Assembly (NCBI GenBank): GCA_002104945.1
Contig: MCFH01000001.1
Coordinates: 186,001-250,000, forward strand
Reading direction: 5' to 3'
DNA: 64,000 nucleotides
Source: Piromyces finnis finn
Lineage: Eukaryota; Fungi; Neocallimastigomycota
Shown here in pieces: positions 14,346 through 27,867 of this stretch. The notes beneath the pieces were generated by a model, which had not been told where the DNA came from, made no database searches, and saw only the letters and a list, made by a program, of their open reading frames with translations. Position numbers and translations under genes: made by a program. Numbering within the stretch: the first letter of the stretch is position 1; each line of letters begins with the position of its first letter.

Positions 14346-16213
14346 CATTAGAATTTTTATTGTTTTTTAGTATGTAATAATAAATTGTTATAGAGACAGT
14401 ATCATCTAATAACTATCAATATATGAGGTATTAATATTTATTTTTATAATTAATTATTATCCTATTTAATATTAGCATTTCAGTTAATATTTAAAAATAT
14501 ATTAGAATTATTATTTATATAACAATTTATAAATGATAAAAAAAAATAACTAAATACTAAGAATGATACTATATACAGTATTATTAAATTATTAATATTA
14601 AAATTACTACATAGTTACATTTTATTTATTGAACACTATTATTACATCCTTAATAATTAACAGAAGAATGTTAAAATAACTAATGTTTATAAACCTATAT
14701 AGGAACGGTGTTTAAATTAGTATTCATATTCAGATATTGATATTAATAAATTATTAATTAAACATTAATTAAATAATAACAATTTTAGCTTTTTATATAA
14801 ATAACTTTAAAAACATATCAATTATAATGTTTTTCTTTTCAATTTATATCCTATCAGAAAGTAAATACTGAACTAATGGTTTAATTATGATAATTAGTTC
14901 CTTTCACCTAATATATAAAAAATTTTTACATCATCTAATAATGTATTAATATAGATAAAATGTTTTTTCTTTTATGATTTTCAAAAAGAGTTGGTATTGG
15001 TTATGTTTAATTGATAGATAAATTTGCTCTTTTGGGATAATTATTCTAATCTTACTTTAATTTTTAACAATCTATATTATCCTTTCATATAAAAAAAATT
15101 CAATACTAATTCAAAAAAAAAAAAAAAGACATAATATAATATAATATAATAATGATAAAATCAATTTATTATTACTGTTTAGTAATTGTGGATTTTTTAA
15201 TGGCAGTAAATATTTTAATCTTTTATTAATTAAAATTTTTATACATATATTATAAAAACAATTAAATTAAATACAAATGAATTAAAAATAAATATATATA
15301 TATTCTATCAACTTTAATTAAATGTATATAGAAGAGCTACTTATTATACAAAAATATAATTGTACCTGATTTATAATAAACTAACAGGAAAAATTATAAT
15401 CATTATTGATGATTAAGTTAGCTCTACAGTCGTATATATAGTGTTTCTTCATTCTTGATTGATCGTTGCTTGAAATATTAAATATTGTTGGCCAGCAACA
15501 TAATGATTGACAAAAATGGTGACCCTTCAGAAATAACTAGTTTAATATGACATTTACATTTTTTTTTTTTTTCATTCCCTTGAATTGTTTTTCTTATACT
15601 AAGATAACTATGTATATTAAGTGGATAATTAAAACTATAACTTAAACTATATTAATTATTCAAATTTAAATAATTAGAATTATCATCATCATTTCTATTG
15701 ATTCTAACATTATTATTAAGACTCAATACACATTAAACATAAAAAAAGTTAATATATTATATTGATATTAATTATAATATGATTTTTCTTTATTATATTA
15801 ATGTTTTTTCTTTTGTTTTATTTTTATTTTTCTGTTATTAAAATTTGTAACAACTTTTTTTAAAACATATATATATATATACAAAGCTATTTGTTTTTGA
15901 TATTAACTAAAATGTTTTTTTTTTATATACAGTAGTATATGATTTTAACTGTAATATTGATAAATATAAATATAAATATCATAAATATTATATTATTATA
16001 TACTATTATTAATTATACATATTTCATATTTTTATATTTATTTTTTTTTTTTTTTTCATCTTTAAAAAGGAAAAATCAATAATATAATTAAAATTAAATT
16101 ATATTGATTAAATAAAAAAAAGAAATATATATATATAACAATAATAAATATATAAATATTCATTATTTAATAATTATTCCTTTTTTTTTTATGTAAATAC
16201 TAATTTATTTATT

Positions 16214-17172
16214 TTATTTTATCCAATTTTTGATTTTATCAGAAATGGCTTGTCTTTGATCAATATAAATTAAATGACTTCCTTCTAGTACAAGAACTTC
16301 ACTATCTGGGTTAGCGTTCTGCATTTTTTGATGGAATCTTAGCCAATCCTTATTATTTTCACAGTTCATGGAACTGACAAATTGAATAACAGGAATAGAA
16401 TCAGGAAATGATAAATCAGCTACAGCATCAATATTTTTATTATTATAAGTATTTATATTTTCATTCACAGTATTATCATTACAGAATCTATAATTGAAAA
16501 TGATTTCCATAGTTTCCTTATCTTCTTCAGAATATTGATAATTTGGATCTAATTGAGCCTGAGTTTGAATAAATTTGATATCACTTGATAATAATCCAAC
16601 TAATCCTAATTTATTAACAAGATTTCCAAAACCAAGTTCAAGTCTCATTTTTATGCTATCTAAAAATGGCATTTCAAGTAAACCGTCTCTTGGAGTAGGA
16701 TCTAAACCAATATATCCTAAAATTTCTTCGGGATATTCATTAGTATAAGCTAAGGAATAAATGCCTCCTATTGAATGAGCCATTAAATAATACTTTTCAA
16801 GTCCAAGTTTTTGAATACATGCATGTAATTCTGAAACTATATTTTTTGTATTTCTTTCATCTTTTGTAACGTCAGAAATACCATAACCAAATGGTTCAAC
16901 AATAATTACTCGATATTTATCAGCAAGTGATTCAGCAAAAGGTTTATATGAAATGACAGGTGAAGTATAGCCTAAGCCAGTTATTAAAACAATTGTAGTT
17001 TCATTTCCTTCACCAACAATACCAACATTCATTTTTAAACCATTAACGTCTACTTTAACACCATAATCAAGAGCTTCGAACTTCTGTTTAGCTTTATTAA
17101 GATTAAAGGCATTTATGCCACTAATACTGAACAATACAGTAATAATATAAACAAAAGATTAAAAATCAACAT
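16214..17172 (-). CDS. Secreted alpha/beta-fold hydrolase, intronless, bacterial-like; 1-nt frameshift near the start
   Basis: ORF 16214..17134 has nucleophile elbow AHSIGG, oxyanion ITGLG, IVEPFGYG and C-terminal LEGSH. An ATG at 17172 plus one missing A (atg ttg att ttt aa[a] tct) gives the signal peptide MLIFKSFVYIITVLFSISGINA. Confidence 0.85.
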
Positions 17173-17438
17173 TTTTTTCTTTTTTTTTTTTAATTATATT
17201 AAATTTAGATAAATTTTAATATTTTTTTTGTAATTATATTAAGTTTGGATAAAATTAATATTTTTATAAGATATTAAATATCTCTTTCTTTTTTTTAAAT
17301 ATCTTTATAAAGATATTTTTTTTCTTTTTTCCCTTTTTATTTATTTATTTATTTTTTTTATTTTTTTTTTCTTTAATTCTCTACTTTTTTGTTCTTTATA
17401 TACATTTAAGGAAAAGTTTTAAATTAAAAAAATATATG

Positions 17439-18215
17439 TGAAAAATAAATTTATGTTTTATAAAGTTTATTTATTATGTTTATTTAATTTAATTTAATAA
17501 AGTGTAATTACAAAGATTTTAATATACAATTTCTTTTTATACTAAAATATGTGGCTAATATTAATTTATAATCATTTACATTACAATTATTCTTAGAAAC
17601 ATTAGTAATTTACATTATGATTTTATTATTAATTAAAGTTTAATATTAGTAATTAGTAATTATGTTCTAGCTGAATTATATTCTTTCACACCCCCTCAAT
17701 TATTTATTTTGTTTGTTAAAAATTAAGTTTGTAAATTTAGTCATTTTTGGCCCATTAGTATTTTTGGTTAATGTGTCAGCAAGCATATCTTCAGATTTAA
17801 TAAAATGTTCCCCTGGATCTTGAATGCCATCAGTAGTAATATTCCGGTCTAAGTAATCCTTGAGATTTAAAGCGGTGGGAATGCTGGTTATTCTTAATTT
17901 TCAAGCATTAAAATTATCACCGTTAAGTGGACGTCCGTTGTTAACAAGAATATATTCAGTCTCTTAATTTGAAAAATAAATTTATAAAGTTTATTTATTA
18001 TGTTTATTTAATTTAATAAAGTGTAATTACAAAGATTTTAATATACAATTTCTTTCTATACTAAAATATGTGGCTAATGTTAATTAGTAATCATTTACAT
18101 TACAATTATACTAAAAAACATTACATTAGTAATTTACATTATGATTTTATTATTAATTAAAGTTTAATATTAATATAAATTTTTATTAGTAATTTAGCTG
18201 AATTATATTCTTTCA
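17439..18215 (-). mobile_element. Miniature, internally deleted Ty1/copia LTR retrotransposon (TRIM-like), 777 bp
   Basis: Direct repeats 17439-17688 (250 bp) and 17970-18215 (246 bp), both bounded by TGAAA...TTTCA. PPT GAGGGGG (- strand, 17691-17697) sits next to the 3' LTR. 5-bp TSD ATATG (17434-38) / GTATG (18216-20). The internal 281 bp translates to gag-like PLNGDNFNA*KLRITS and RNase H-end IKSEDMLADTLTK. Confidence 0.9.
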
Positions 18216-18320
18216 GTATGACTAAATATAAAAATAGATAAATAATTATTTTTTATTATTTTATAATACTAATATGGCAAAATAATATTTCTAATGTTCC
18301 TTCGTACAGAAGATTCAATG

Positions 18321-21300
18321 TTTTTTTAACAGTATTAAATATCTTTAGACTTTATTATTAATTTAATTAAAATTATAATATATGCTATAAAAAAAAAAAA
18401 TTTAAAATAAAAAAATAAAAATAAAAATAAAAATTAAAAAAACAGGTTTAAATAAACACAAATGAATAAAAATTGGGTATAATGTATTCGAGTCATTTTA
18501 ATTAAAGTAAGAAAGCCACTATTATAATAAAATATAATAATTGTATTTGATTTCCAATGGGACACCTAGCCAAAGATCAAAATTTTATCATGGAACAAAA
18601 TTATGATCTCCATTGGTTGCGCTGGCCCTCCTGGCCTGTCTTACTGTTTCTTCAGCATTGACGCTCTTGGATGTTGCTTCAAACCTTTTGAACATTGACC
18701 ATTGCTGGCCAATAGCAAAAGGCATGATTTTGGTTAGAAGTTCCGCGGTTACCGTCAAGAATGGTGTTCCTTCGTTAGTATCAGATTGAATCTGACGCTT
18801 ACAAAGTTCTTTCCATTCCCTTGAATTGTAATTGATATTGTTAAAACTTCTTCCCCCAAGAAGGAATTTAAATATTTTACTGCACACACTAGAATAATCA
18901 TACACATTAATATTCACCGGATTATTAGAACTATTACTATCATTAACTAAATTACTATCTAAATTAGAATTATTATCTTCACTATTGCTATCATTACTAA
19001 TATTATTATTTCTATTATTGTTATTATTACTATTGTTACTATTACTATTGTTACTATTACTATTGTAATTATTATTACTACTATTGTTACTATTACTATT
19101 AATGTTATTGCTATCTCTACTGATATTATCAATTTCATTATTATTGATAGGACTATTGGAATTACGTTGACTGAAAAAATTTAATAGCTGGACTATGGAA
19201 TCATAATGTTTAATACGGATATCTCTAAATGTTGGACAATCTAATAACCAATGTTTAATACTTTGATCTCCACACTTGCAACATGGACAGTAGTTAGGAC
19301 AAACTGGATCAACAAATTTGGCAGCTATGGCAACTCTAGCATCCAACTTGTATCCGCTTCTTGCTTTCAATAGCCAGTAGAAGCCATAGGCAAACTCTGG
19401 GTACTCATAACATAATTTAATAAAATCTTTAGTTTCAATAAATTTATTATCATCATAATATTGCGCTTTGATTGAATTCCCTTTGAGATCTTTCCAATAA
19501 AAGTTTTTAACTGCTTTAACATCTCCATGCTTCTTTAATTTTTTATCAAGTGTCCTACTTGATTTGCACCACGTGTATTTTCTAAATTTAGGAATGTAAT
19601 TGACAAGGTGTGAGATAATACAACTTGAGTTTTTCCATTTGTTAAAACATCTAACCTGAGCTAAAGCACATTTGGCTGACAATGGAGGAATATTCAAATC
19701 TTTTGAGATAGAGTATAAAGATATAAACGATACAGCTTTATGAACTCCGGCAACCCATCGTATTCCTTTGTTAACATGCTTCTGAGCAATCCTAGACCTA
19801 GCTTTGTTGGATCCAAGTAATGGTGCAAAGTATGAAACTCTGCTAATCACTTGTGAGTTAAGTACTAGTTTTTTGAAGGGAATAGGAATATTAGGATTTC
19901 TTAAGAATTTACTGACTGAGAAAAGTCCTTTCAAAACCTTGTTATTGAGAGTTTTAATTACTGGTTTAAGGGACAAATTCTTATTAAATGGAACACCAAG
20001 ATAAGTATAACAATTAGTAGTTGGAATGGGTTGTCCTGCTAAGTAAAATGTTGGATCTCTCTTGTTCTGATTTTCTATTGATTCAGGACGAATCACCATC
20101 GTTGAACATTTCTGGATACCAAATTCCATTTCATTATACAATGCCCATTCATTAACTCTTCTAAGCATCTTTTTTAAGCATCCTCTTGTTGGAGCACAAA
20201 TAACTATATCATCTGCAAAAAGTCCACCACAGCATCGAGTGTCACCTAAACTGACACCTAGATCTTCGCACTCTTTAAATATATCATTAATAAAGAGATT
20301 AAAGAGAATAGGAGAAAGAGGGCATCCTTGACGGACTCCTTTCTTCACATCAAAAGATTTCGAGAATTGTCCATCTAATTTGACATTAGCCTTAGATGTT
20401 AAATATAAATTTTTGATAAATTGTAAACTCTTACCTCGGATTCCTAAACAATCTAATTTATGGAGAATATTACCGATTGGGACTGAATCGTATGCTTTCC
20501 TGAGATCTAAAAAGGCCAAATATGTCTCTTTATTATCTAATTGACGTCTACGGCATATTTCTTGGATTGAAATGAAAAGACTGATACTTTCTTCCTTTTT
20601 TCGAAAACCAAATTGTTCAGGTCTAATGAAATTATTCTTTAGACCATATTCTGAGATTCTAGTGGTGACAATTTTGGAAATCAACTTAATACCATTATTG
20701 ATAAGTGATATACCTCGATAGTTATCACAATCTGTCAAATCTCCCTTCTTAGGAATAGAAACATTTTTTTTTTTTTTTTTAACGGCATCAAATATTTTAA
20801 ACTTTATTATTAATTTAATTAAAATTATAATACATGTAATAAAAAAATTAAAATTAAAATAAAAATAAAAAAAAATATGTTTAAATAAACACAAATGAAT
20901 AAAAATTGGGTATAATGTATTCTAGTAATTTTAATTAAAGTAAGAAAGCCACTATTATACTAAAGTATAATAATTGTATTTGACTTCCAATGGGACACCG
21001 AGCCAAAGATCAAAATTTTATCATGGAACAAAATTATGATCTCCATTGGTTGCGCTGGCCCTCCTGGCCTGTCTTACTGTTTCTTCAGCATTGACGCTCT
21101 TGGATGTTGCTTCAAACCTTTTGAACATTGACCATTGCTGGCCAATAGCAAAAGGCATGATTTTGGTTAGAAGTTCCGCGGTTACCGTCAAGAATGGTGT
21201 TCCTTCATTAGTACCAGATTGAATCTGACGCTTACAAAGTTCTTTCCATTCCCTTGAATTGTAATTAATATTGTTAAAACTTCTTCCCCCAAGAAGGAAT

Positions 21301-24300
21301 TTAAATATTTTACTGCACACACTAGAATAATCATACACATTAATATTCACCGGATTATTAGAACTATTACTATCATTAACTAAATTACTATCTAAATTAT
21401 AATTATTATCTTCACTATTGTTATCATTACTAATATTATTATTTCTATTACTACTATTGTTATTATTACTATTGTTACTATTACTATTGTTAATACTACT
21501 ATTGTTACTATTACTATTAATGTTATTGCTATCTCTACTGATATTAACATTTTCATTATTATTGATAGGACTATTGGAATTACGTTGACTGAAAAAATTT
21601 AATAGATGGACTATGGAATCATAATGTTTAATACGGATATCTCTAAATGTTGGACAATCTAATAACCAATGTTTAATACTTTGATCTCCACACTTGCAAC
21701 ATGGACAGTAGTTAGGACAAACTGGATCAACAAATTTAGCAGCTATGGCAACTCTAGCATCCAACTTATATCCGCTTCTTGTTTTCAATAGCCAGTAGAA
21801 GCCATAGGCAAACTCTGGGTACTCATAACATAATTTAATAAAATCTTTAGTTTCAATAAATTTATTATCATCATAATATTGCGCTTTGATTGAATTCCCT
21901 TTGAGATCTTTCCAATAAAAGTTTTTAACTGCTTTAACATCTCCATGCTTCTTTAATTTTTTATCAAGTGTCCTACTTGATTTGCACCACGTGTATTTTC
22001 TAAATTTAGGAATGTAATTGACAAGGTGTGAGATAATACAACTTGAGTTTTTCCATTTGTTAAAAAATCTAACCTGAGCTAATGCACATTTGGCTGACAA
22101 TGGAGGAATATTCAAATCTTTTGAAATAGAGTATAAAGATATAAACGATACAGCTTTATGAACTCCGGCAACCCATCGTATTCCTTTGTTAACATGCTTC
22201 TGAGCAATCCTAGACCTAGCTTTGTTGGATCCAAGTAATGGTGCAAAGTATGAAACTCTGCTAATCACTTGTGAGTTAAGTACTAGTTTTTTGAAGGGAA
22301 TAGGAATATTAGGATTTCTTAAGAATTTACTGACTGAGAAAAGTCCTTTCAAAACCTTGTTATTGAGAGTTTTAATTACTGGTTTAAGGGACAAATTCTT
22401 ATCAAATGGAACACCAAGATAAGTATAACAATTAGTAGTTGGAATGGGTTGTCCTGCTAAGTAAAATGTTGGATCTCTCTTGTTCTGATTTTCTATTGAT
22501 TCAGGACGAATCACCATCGTTGAACACTTCTGGATACCAAATTCCATTTCATTATACAATGCCCATTCATTAACTCTTCTAAGCATCTTTTTTAAGCATC
22601 CTCTTGTTGGAGCACAAATAACTATATCATCTGCAAAAAGTCCACCACAGCATCGAGTGTCACCTAAACTGACTCCAAGATCTTCGCACTCTCTAAATAT
22701 ATCATTAATAAAGAGATTAAAGAGAATAGGAGAAAGAGGGCATCCTTGACGGACTCCTTTCTTCACATCAAAAGATTTCGAGAATTGTCCATCTAATTTG
22801 ACATTAGCCTTAGATGTTAAATATAAATTTTTGATAAATTGTAGACTCTTACCTCGGATTCCTAAACAATCTAATTTATGGAGAATATTACCGATTGGGA
22901 CTGAATCGTATGCTTTCCTGAGATCTAAAAAGGCCAAATATGTCTCTTTATTATCTAATTGACGTCTACGGCATATTTCTTGGATTGAAATGAAAAGACT
23001 GATACTTTCTTCCTTTTTTCGAAAACCAAATTGTTCAGGTCTAATGAAATTATTCTTTAAACCATATTCTGAGATTCTAGTGGTGACAATTTTGGAAATC
23101 AACTTAATACCATTATTGATAAGTGATATACCTCGATAGTTATCACAATCTGTCAAATCTCCCTTCTTAGGAATAGAAACAATACTGGATTCATTCCATG
23201 AGTTGGGGAAATCTCCATCCCAAATACGGTTGAATAATTTAAGAATAAAATTTAAACCATGAGCATCATTATCTGAAGTAGTATTACCAGAAGAATTATT
23301 ATCTGTAGCATTATTAGAATCATTACTTGATGGAATTAATGCTTTGTAAAATTCAATTGGAATACCATCCGGACCTGATGCTTTATAATTTGGAGTAGTG
23401 AGGATAGCTGACTTGACTTCATCAATACTAATATCTTGGTTGATATCCCACTCATCAAGCATAGGAAGTGAAAAACGTTTATTCGTTGGTTCTTCATACC
23501 AATGCTCCAAATCAAGACTTACACCACTTGGGTCTGATGCAAGATTTTCGAAATGATCATGCCACACATCTAGTTGTTCTTCCGTAGCAACAACTAATTC
23601 TCCATTTTTATTTTTAATTGGTTGAGCAATAAAGAAAGAATCTTTTCCAATTTTTGCAGTTTTCTTGATCCATTTCCAGGCCTTCTTAGGATTATGACTC
23701 TTCATATACTCACATCCTGTTTTAATCCAATGAAGATATTCTTGTTTCCTAAATTCATTACATCTTTTGTGGATGTAATCAATGAGTTTACGGTAGATTT
23801 TAATTCTTTTAATAAATTCATCTATATCATAAATTCTTTCTTTTTTAAATCTCTTATACAACTTCATTTTGATTTTTTGAAGATTAAAAATTTGTTGTGA
23901 AATATGAAATGAAGACTTTATAACATTATTTGCTGAAGTAATACTGAGCTCGTCTGCAATTGAAAAAGCAGTTGAAGTAAACTCTTTGGAAAGTTCATCT
24001 GTAGAAACATTAGGATCGTTGGATTTTGCTGAAAGTATTTGGAATTTATTATGACTGAGAATAGATTCCTTTTCCTCAATACATTTTAATCTATTCCATT
24101 TCAGAATTTTCTTAGGAACATTAAAGTCATTAGAAAAATCTTCCATAGGAATAATTTTACCATTAATAAGAAGTGGCTTATGGTCTGATACAGGATAAAA
24201 ATTATTTATAAATGATCCTGAGTGAACAAGATCTTTCATCTTCGAATTGATAAGAGCATGGTCAATGTCGGAAGATTGTTCACCTCGAGTCCAAGAGATA

Positions 24301-24427
24301 GTCGACCCTCTAAGCGGAAGAATTTCCCAATCTCCTAATCCATTAGTTGATAACCAGTTGGATATCTTAGGAATAGAAACAATACTGGATTCATTCCATG
24401 AGTTGGGGAAATCTCCATCCCAATACA
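18321..24427 (-). mobile_element. LINE copy C (outer, 5'-truncated), split by insertion of copy D: 24427-24366 plus 20763-18321
   Basis: 24366-24427 encodes WDGDFPNSWNESSIVSIPK and 20763 onward continues VSIPKKGDLTDC... to the stop at 18588. RT motifs GVRQGCPLSP and LFADD. The 3'UTR ends at a short T-run at 18321-18327. Confidence 0.93.
20764..24365 (-). mobile_element. LINE copy D (inner, younger), 3.6 kb, 5'-truncated within the endonuclease, uninterrupted RT ORF
   Basis: 17-nt poly(A) tail (T at 20764-20780). Flanked by identical 16-bp direct repeats CTTAGGAATAGAAACA at 20748-20763 and 24366-24381. The frame is open from 24365 to 21021. Confidence 0.95.
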
Positions 24428-24822
24428 TGAATACATGAATAAAAGAAAAATTCCTGTATTATTATTATACTACTAAAATTTTATAAACTCTCTTCATAAA
24501 CATGCTTTTTATTATATTTAATGTAATTATAAAACACCTTATCATTTTCATCAAACACTAATGATTTTGTAATTAGTACTCCCAACAATTAGCAAAAAAA
24601 TAACTACTTTTACAATCTTCTTAAACACTATCCTTCAACCTACACCTCAATTTCTTTTTTCTTTACAACATATACACACACTAAATTTTCATTTTAACAT
24701 ATATTATATTAAAACTTTAAAACAATTATATTATAATTTTAAAAAGTTTATTAGCTTTTTTGTAAAAAGTATATATTGAATGTAGAAGTACACATGATAC
24801 GATTTCCACAAAGGCGCTAAAA

Positions 24823-25437
24823 TTAACGGTATCTGCGAAGGGAGGTAGTATTTTGCTTCTTCCAGGTAGCTCTTCTTCCGGAACCAGAAGTGTTGTTGTA
24901 TCTGTGACCCTTTTGGTGACCTCTGGACTTCTTACCAGTAGCAGTAAGACCACGAGCTTCACGGTGCTTGTGAACTGGGTTAACAATCCAGTTGATACGA
25001 GCATCACGACGGATAGCCTTGTGGGATGGATCGACAAGGATAACTTCGTAGTACTTGTAGGTAGAGTCTTCGTTGACCCAGTAGGAGTTTAAGACACGAA
25101 GGTTACCGCACTTACGGGCAACACGTTCTTCAGCAGTAGCTCTGGAAGCACGTTGGTACTTAAGTTCAGCAATACCTTGGTGAACTGGCTTACCGTAAAC
25201 AATACCCTTTGGGTTTGGTCTCTTACGACCACCACGGCGGACACGAATACGGTAGATAACGTAACCTTGCTTAGCCTTGTAACCGAGACGACGGGCCTTG
25301 TCTGGACGAGATGGACGGCTGGCACGGTGGATAACGTTTAATTGTCTGTATTCCCAGCTTCTGATTCTACCAAGGAATCCGAGAACATCGGATTGCTTTC
25401 TTTTGTATAATTCTTCAATATATTTGTAAGCACCCAT
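24823..25437 (-). CDS. RPL15: 60S ribosomal protein L15 (eL15), intronless
   Basis: 204 aa, [18 protein letters not shown]...[15 protein letters not shown]...[10 protein letters not shown], the canonical eL15 sequence. Codon usage is GC-richer and biased, as expected for a highly expressed gene. Confidence 0.99.
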   Translation of the reverse strand: MGAYKYIEELYKRKQSDVLGFLGRIRSWEYRQLNVIHRASRPSRPDKARRLGYKAKQGYVIYRIRVRRGGRKRPNPKGIVYGKPVHQGIAELKYQRASRATAEERVARKCGNLRVLNSYWVNEDSTYKYYEVILVDPSHKAIRRDARINWIVNPVHKHREARGLTATGKKSRGHQKGHRYNNTSGSGRRATWKKQNTTSLRRYR

Positions 25438-26287
25438 GTTTTATGCTTTAAAATATATATTTATAACATTATATATTAGTTATTCATCCATTTTTCATTA
25501 TATACTTAATTATAATTATAAATTCATTACAGAAAATTTATTTTTATTATTAAAGCATATTTATTCTATTAAATTTATAATCTACACTAATAACATTCTA
25601 CTTTCTTTTTTATTATTTTAAAATATTTCATCCATTCACCTTTAAATAATTATATGACACCCTTTATTTATATTTTTTATTTATATTATAAATAATTATT
25701 ACACCTTTTATTAATTACATTTTTTATTTATTTCATAACTTTACAATTCACATTCTTTTATTTATTTCCATATTATTAATAAAAATTATTTTTTTAAACA
25801 AAAACATTAGACAATATTAATAAAATCAAAATCAACATTTTACCTAAATAGTTGTATAATAGGGCACAACTTTTTAAAAGAGAAGGATTAAAATGGTATA
25901 TACAAATTACACTAATTTTATTACATTGAGATGGCTTAAAAATTATAGAAATACGATTGGTTAATATTTGTTTTGATATATTTTATAATATATTACAATA
26001 AAATCATAATATATGTAAATAAATTGAATCATGATCTCACGTTATTTAAAAATATTATGTAATAGATACATAAAGTATTATATTGTTTTAACCCTTTCAA
26101 TATAAATTTGTTTATTTAATAGTATTCTATATAAAAATTTTTCCATATTTTATGGAAAAATATAATAAAGATTTATATTTCTTTAAACTATTTTAGTACT
26201 TTAAAAAAAAATATTTAAGTAGTTTTTTAAAAAAATATATATATATAAATTAAACTCTATACAATAAATGTATATTATATATGAATA

Positions 26288-26347
26288 TTTATATTTACTA
26301 ATATTAGAAAGGAAATTTTATATTTACTAATATTAGAAAGGAAATTT
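26288..26347. repeat. 30-bp tandem duplication (TTTATATTTACTAATATTAGAAAGGAAATT x2)
   Basis: Two adjacent copies in the RPL15/transgelin divergent intergenic region. Confidence 0.8.
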
Positions 26348-27867
26348 AAATAAGTTTAAAATAAACAAATAGTAACAATATTTTATTAATTATAATAATA
26401 ATTTACTAATTTACTTTTTTCCTTTTTTTAAACAATTTTTTAGTATAAATTCTACCTTTATAAATAATGGTTACACAAGTTTGTAAATTCAGAATTAAAG
26501 AAATTAATTATAAAACAAAATTTCCTTTGCGATTTCTGTAGTTGTTAGTGAAATGAAACGTTTTCAAAAAAGAAGGTAATTATTATAATTATTCAAAGGA
26601 CTTTACAGACCTTGCTATCTAAATTATTCTATTTTTTTATAAACTTATATAATTCAAAAAAAAAAAAAAATATGCTTTATATTGACCTTTTTACTTTTAT
26701 TTAATTTTTTTCTTTATAACAAATCTAATGGAAGATTTTATGTCTATATGGTCTATATGTAGGATATCATTTATAGTTTGTATTATTTATAATAGCATTT
26801 GATTAATGTATAAAAGTGAGTTTTATATAATTCAATTTATAATTTCTATAATTTTTTTTTTTAATGGGTATCATTCATTAGTTTATTATTTTATGTAAAA
26901 GTACTATTTTTAAATCTTTTATATAAAGTTAAAAATGTTTAAATACTTTAAACTATATATTGTTTGTTAATAATGAAAAAAATAAATAGTATAAAGTAAA
27001 TTAGAAATTTAAGCTATTTCTGGTTCATGATGATGACGATGATGATGATGACGATGAGAATGAAAGTGTGAATAAGACCTTGTTCTAAAGAATGTTTGCT
27101 TAAAAGGTTAGATTAAATTACCAATGGATCTATAGAATTATAAATAAATATTAAAAATCATAATAATCTATTTGTCAATATATAATTATAATTATATTAA
27201 AATCCTCATAATTTATTAGGCCTTTTTTTATGATTAATTTCTTTATTTAGTAGGTGGTGAAATGACATGCTAAATATAATATTAATTTAATTATATATAT
27301 TATATATTAAAAAATGATATAGTATTTATATAATAATGATAAATTTATTTTAATTGCCTTTATACATATTGCTAATATATGTTAATTATAAAATATAAAA
27401 CATTTATAATATATTAGAGTATAAATAAAATTTCAATAGAAAAAAGTTTAACGGTAGTTTTGAATCAACCATAAAACAATCAAGAAATTAATTACAAAAA
27501 ATAAATTAAAAATTATTTAATCATAAATTTAATTATAATAATAGTATATTAACCAATAAATTATCAATATATTTTATTTTGTACTGTCCAATATATCATC
27601 AGCATTATAACTAAGATAATTGATAAATGAATGAATAGATTAAATAAATTCTAATAATATGCAAATCAATAATAATTAAATACCAAATTCAATTATTTTT
27701 AACCATAAATTATAGGAAAGGGAATCATCACCAAGGCATATAAATTTTGCATAAAAAGAATTTTTTTTTCTTTTTTTTTTTTTTTTAAATTGTATATTTT
27801 AATTTTAAAAAATAATAAATATTTTTTTATTGTTATATATCAAATAATAGATAATCTATAAAAGAAA

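Noticed and set aside
15480-15550. Kinase-like snippet LASNIMIDKNGDP on the + strand
   Set aside because: No upstream HRD or downstream DFG, flanked by stops and no splice support; likely chance or an unrecognisable relic.
10200-16200. 6-kb AT-rich gap as a centromere or hidden gene
   Set aside because: No supportable exons, RNA motifs or repeat structure beyond a short microsatellite; long AT-rich intergenic tracts occur throughout this window.
18588-20894. 768-aa ORF with hydrophobic N-terminus and KKKKKN
   Set aside because: The N-terminal ~43 aa are the 3'UTR and poly(A) of the inserted copy D read through into copy C, not a real leader.
24726-25341. Several ORFs overlapping RPL15
   Set aside because: Antisense or alternate frames of a GC-richer, codon-biased gene, with no independent coding signal.
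24823-25437. Intronless RPL15 as a LINE-made retrocopy
   Set aside because: Intact ORF with strong codon bias, no poly(A)/TSD flanks seen, and eL15 genes are intronless in several fungi.
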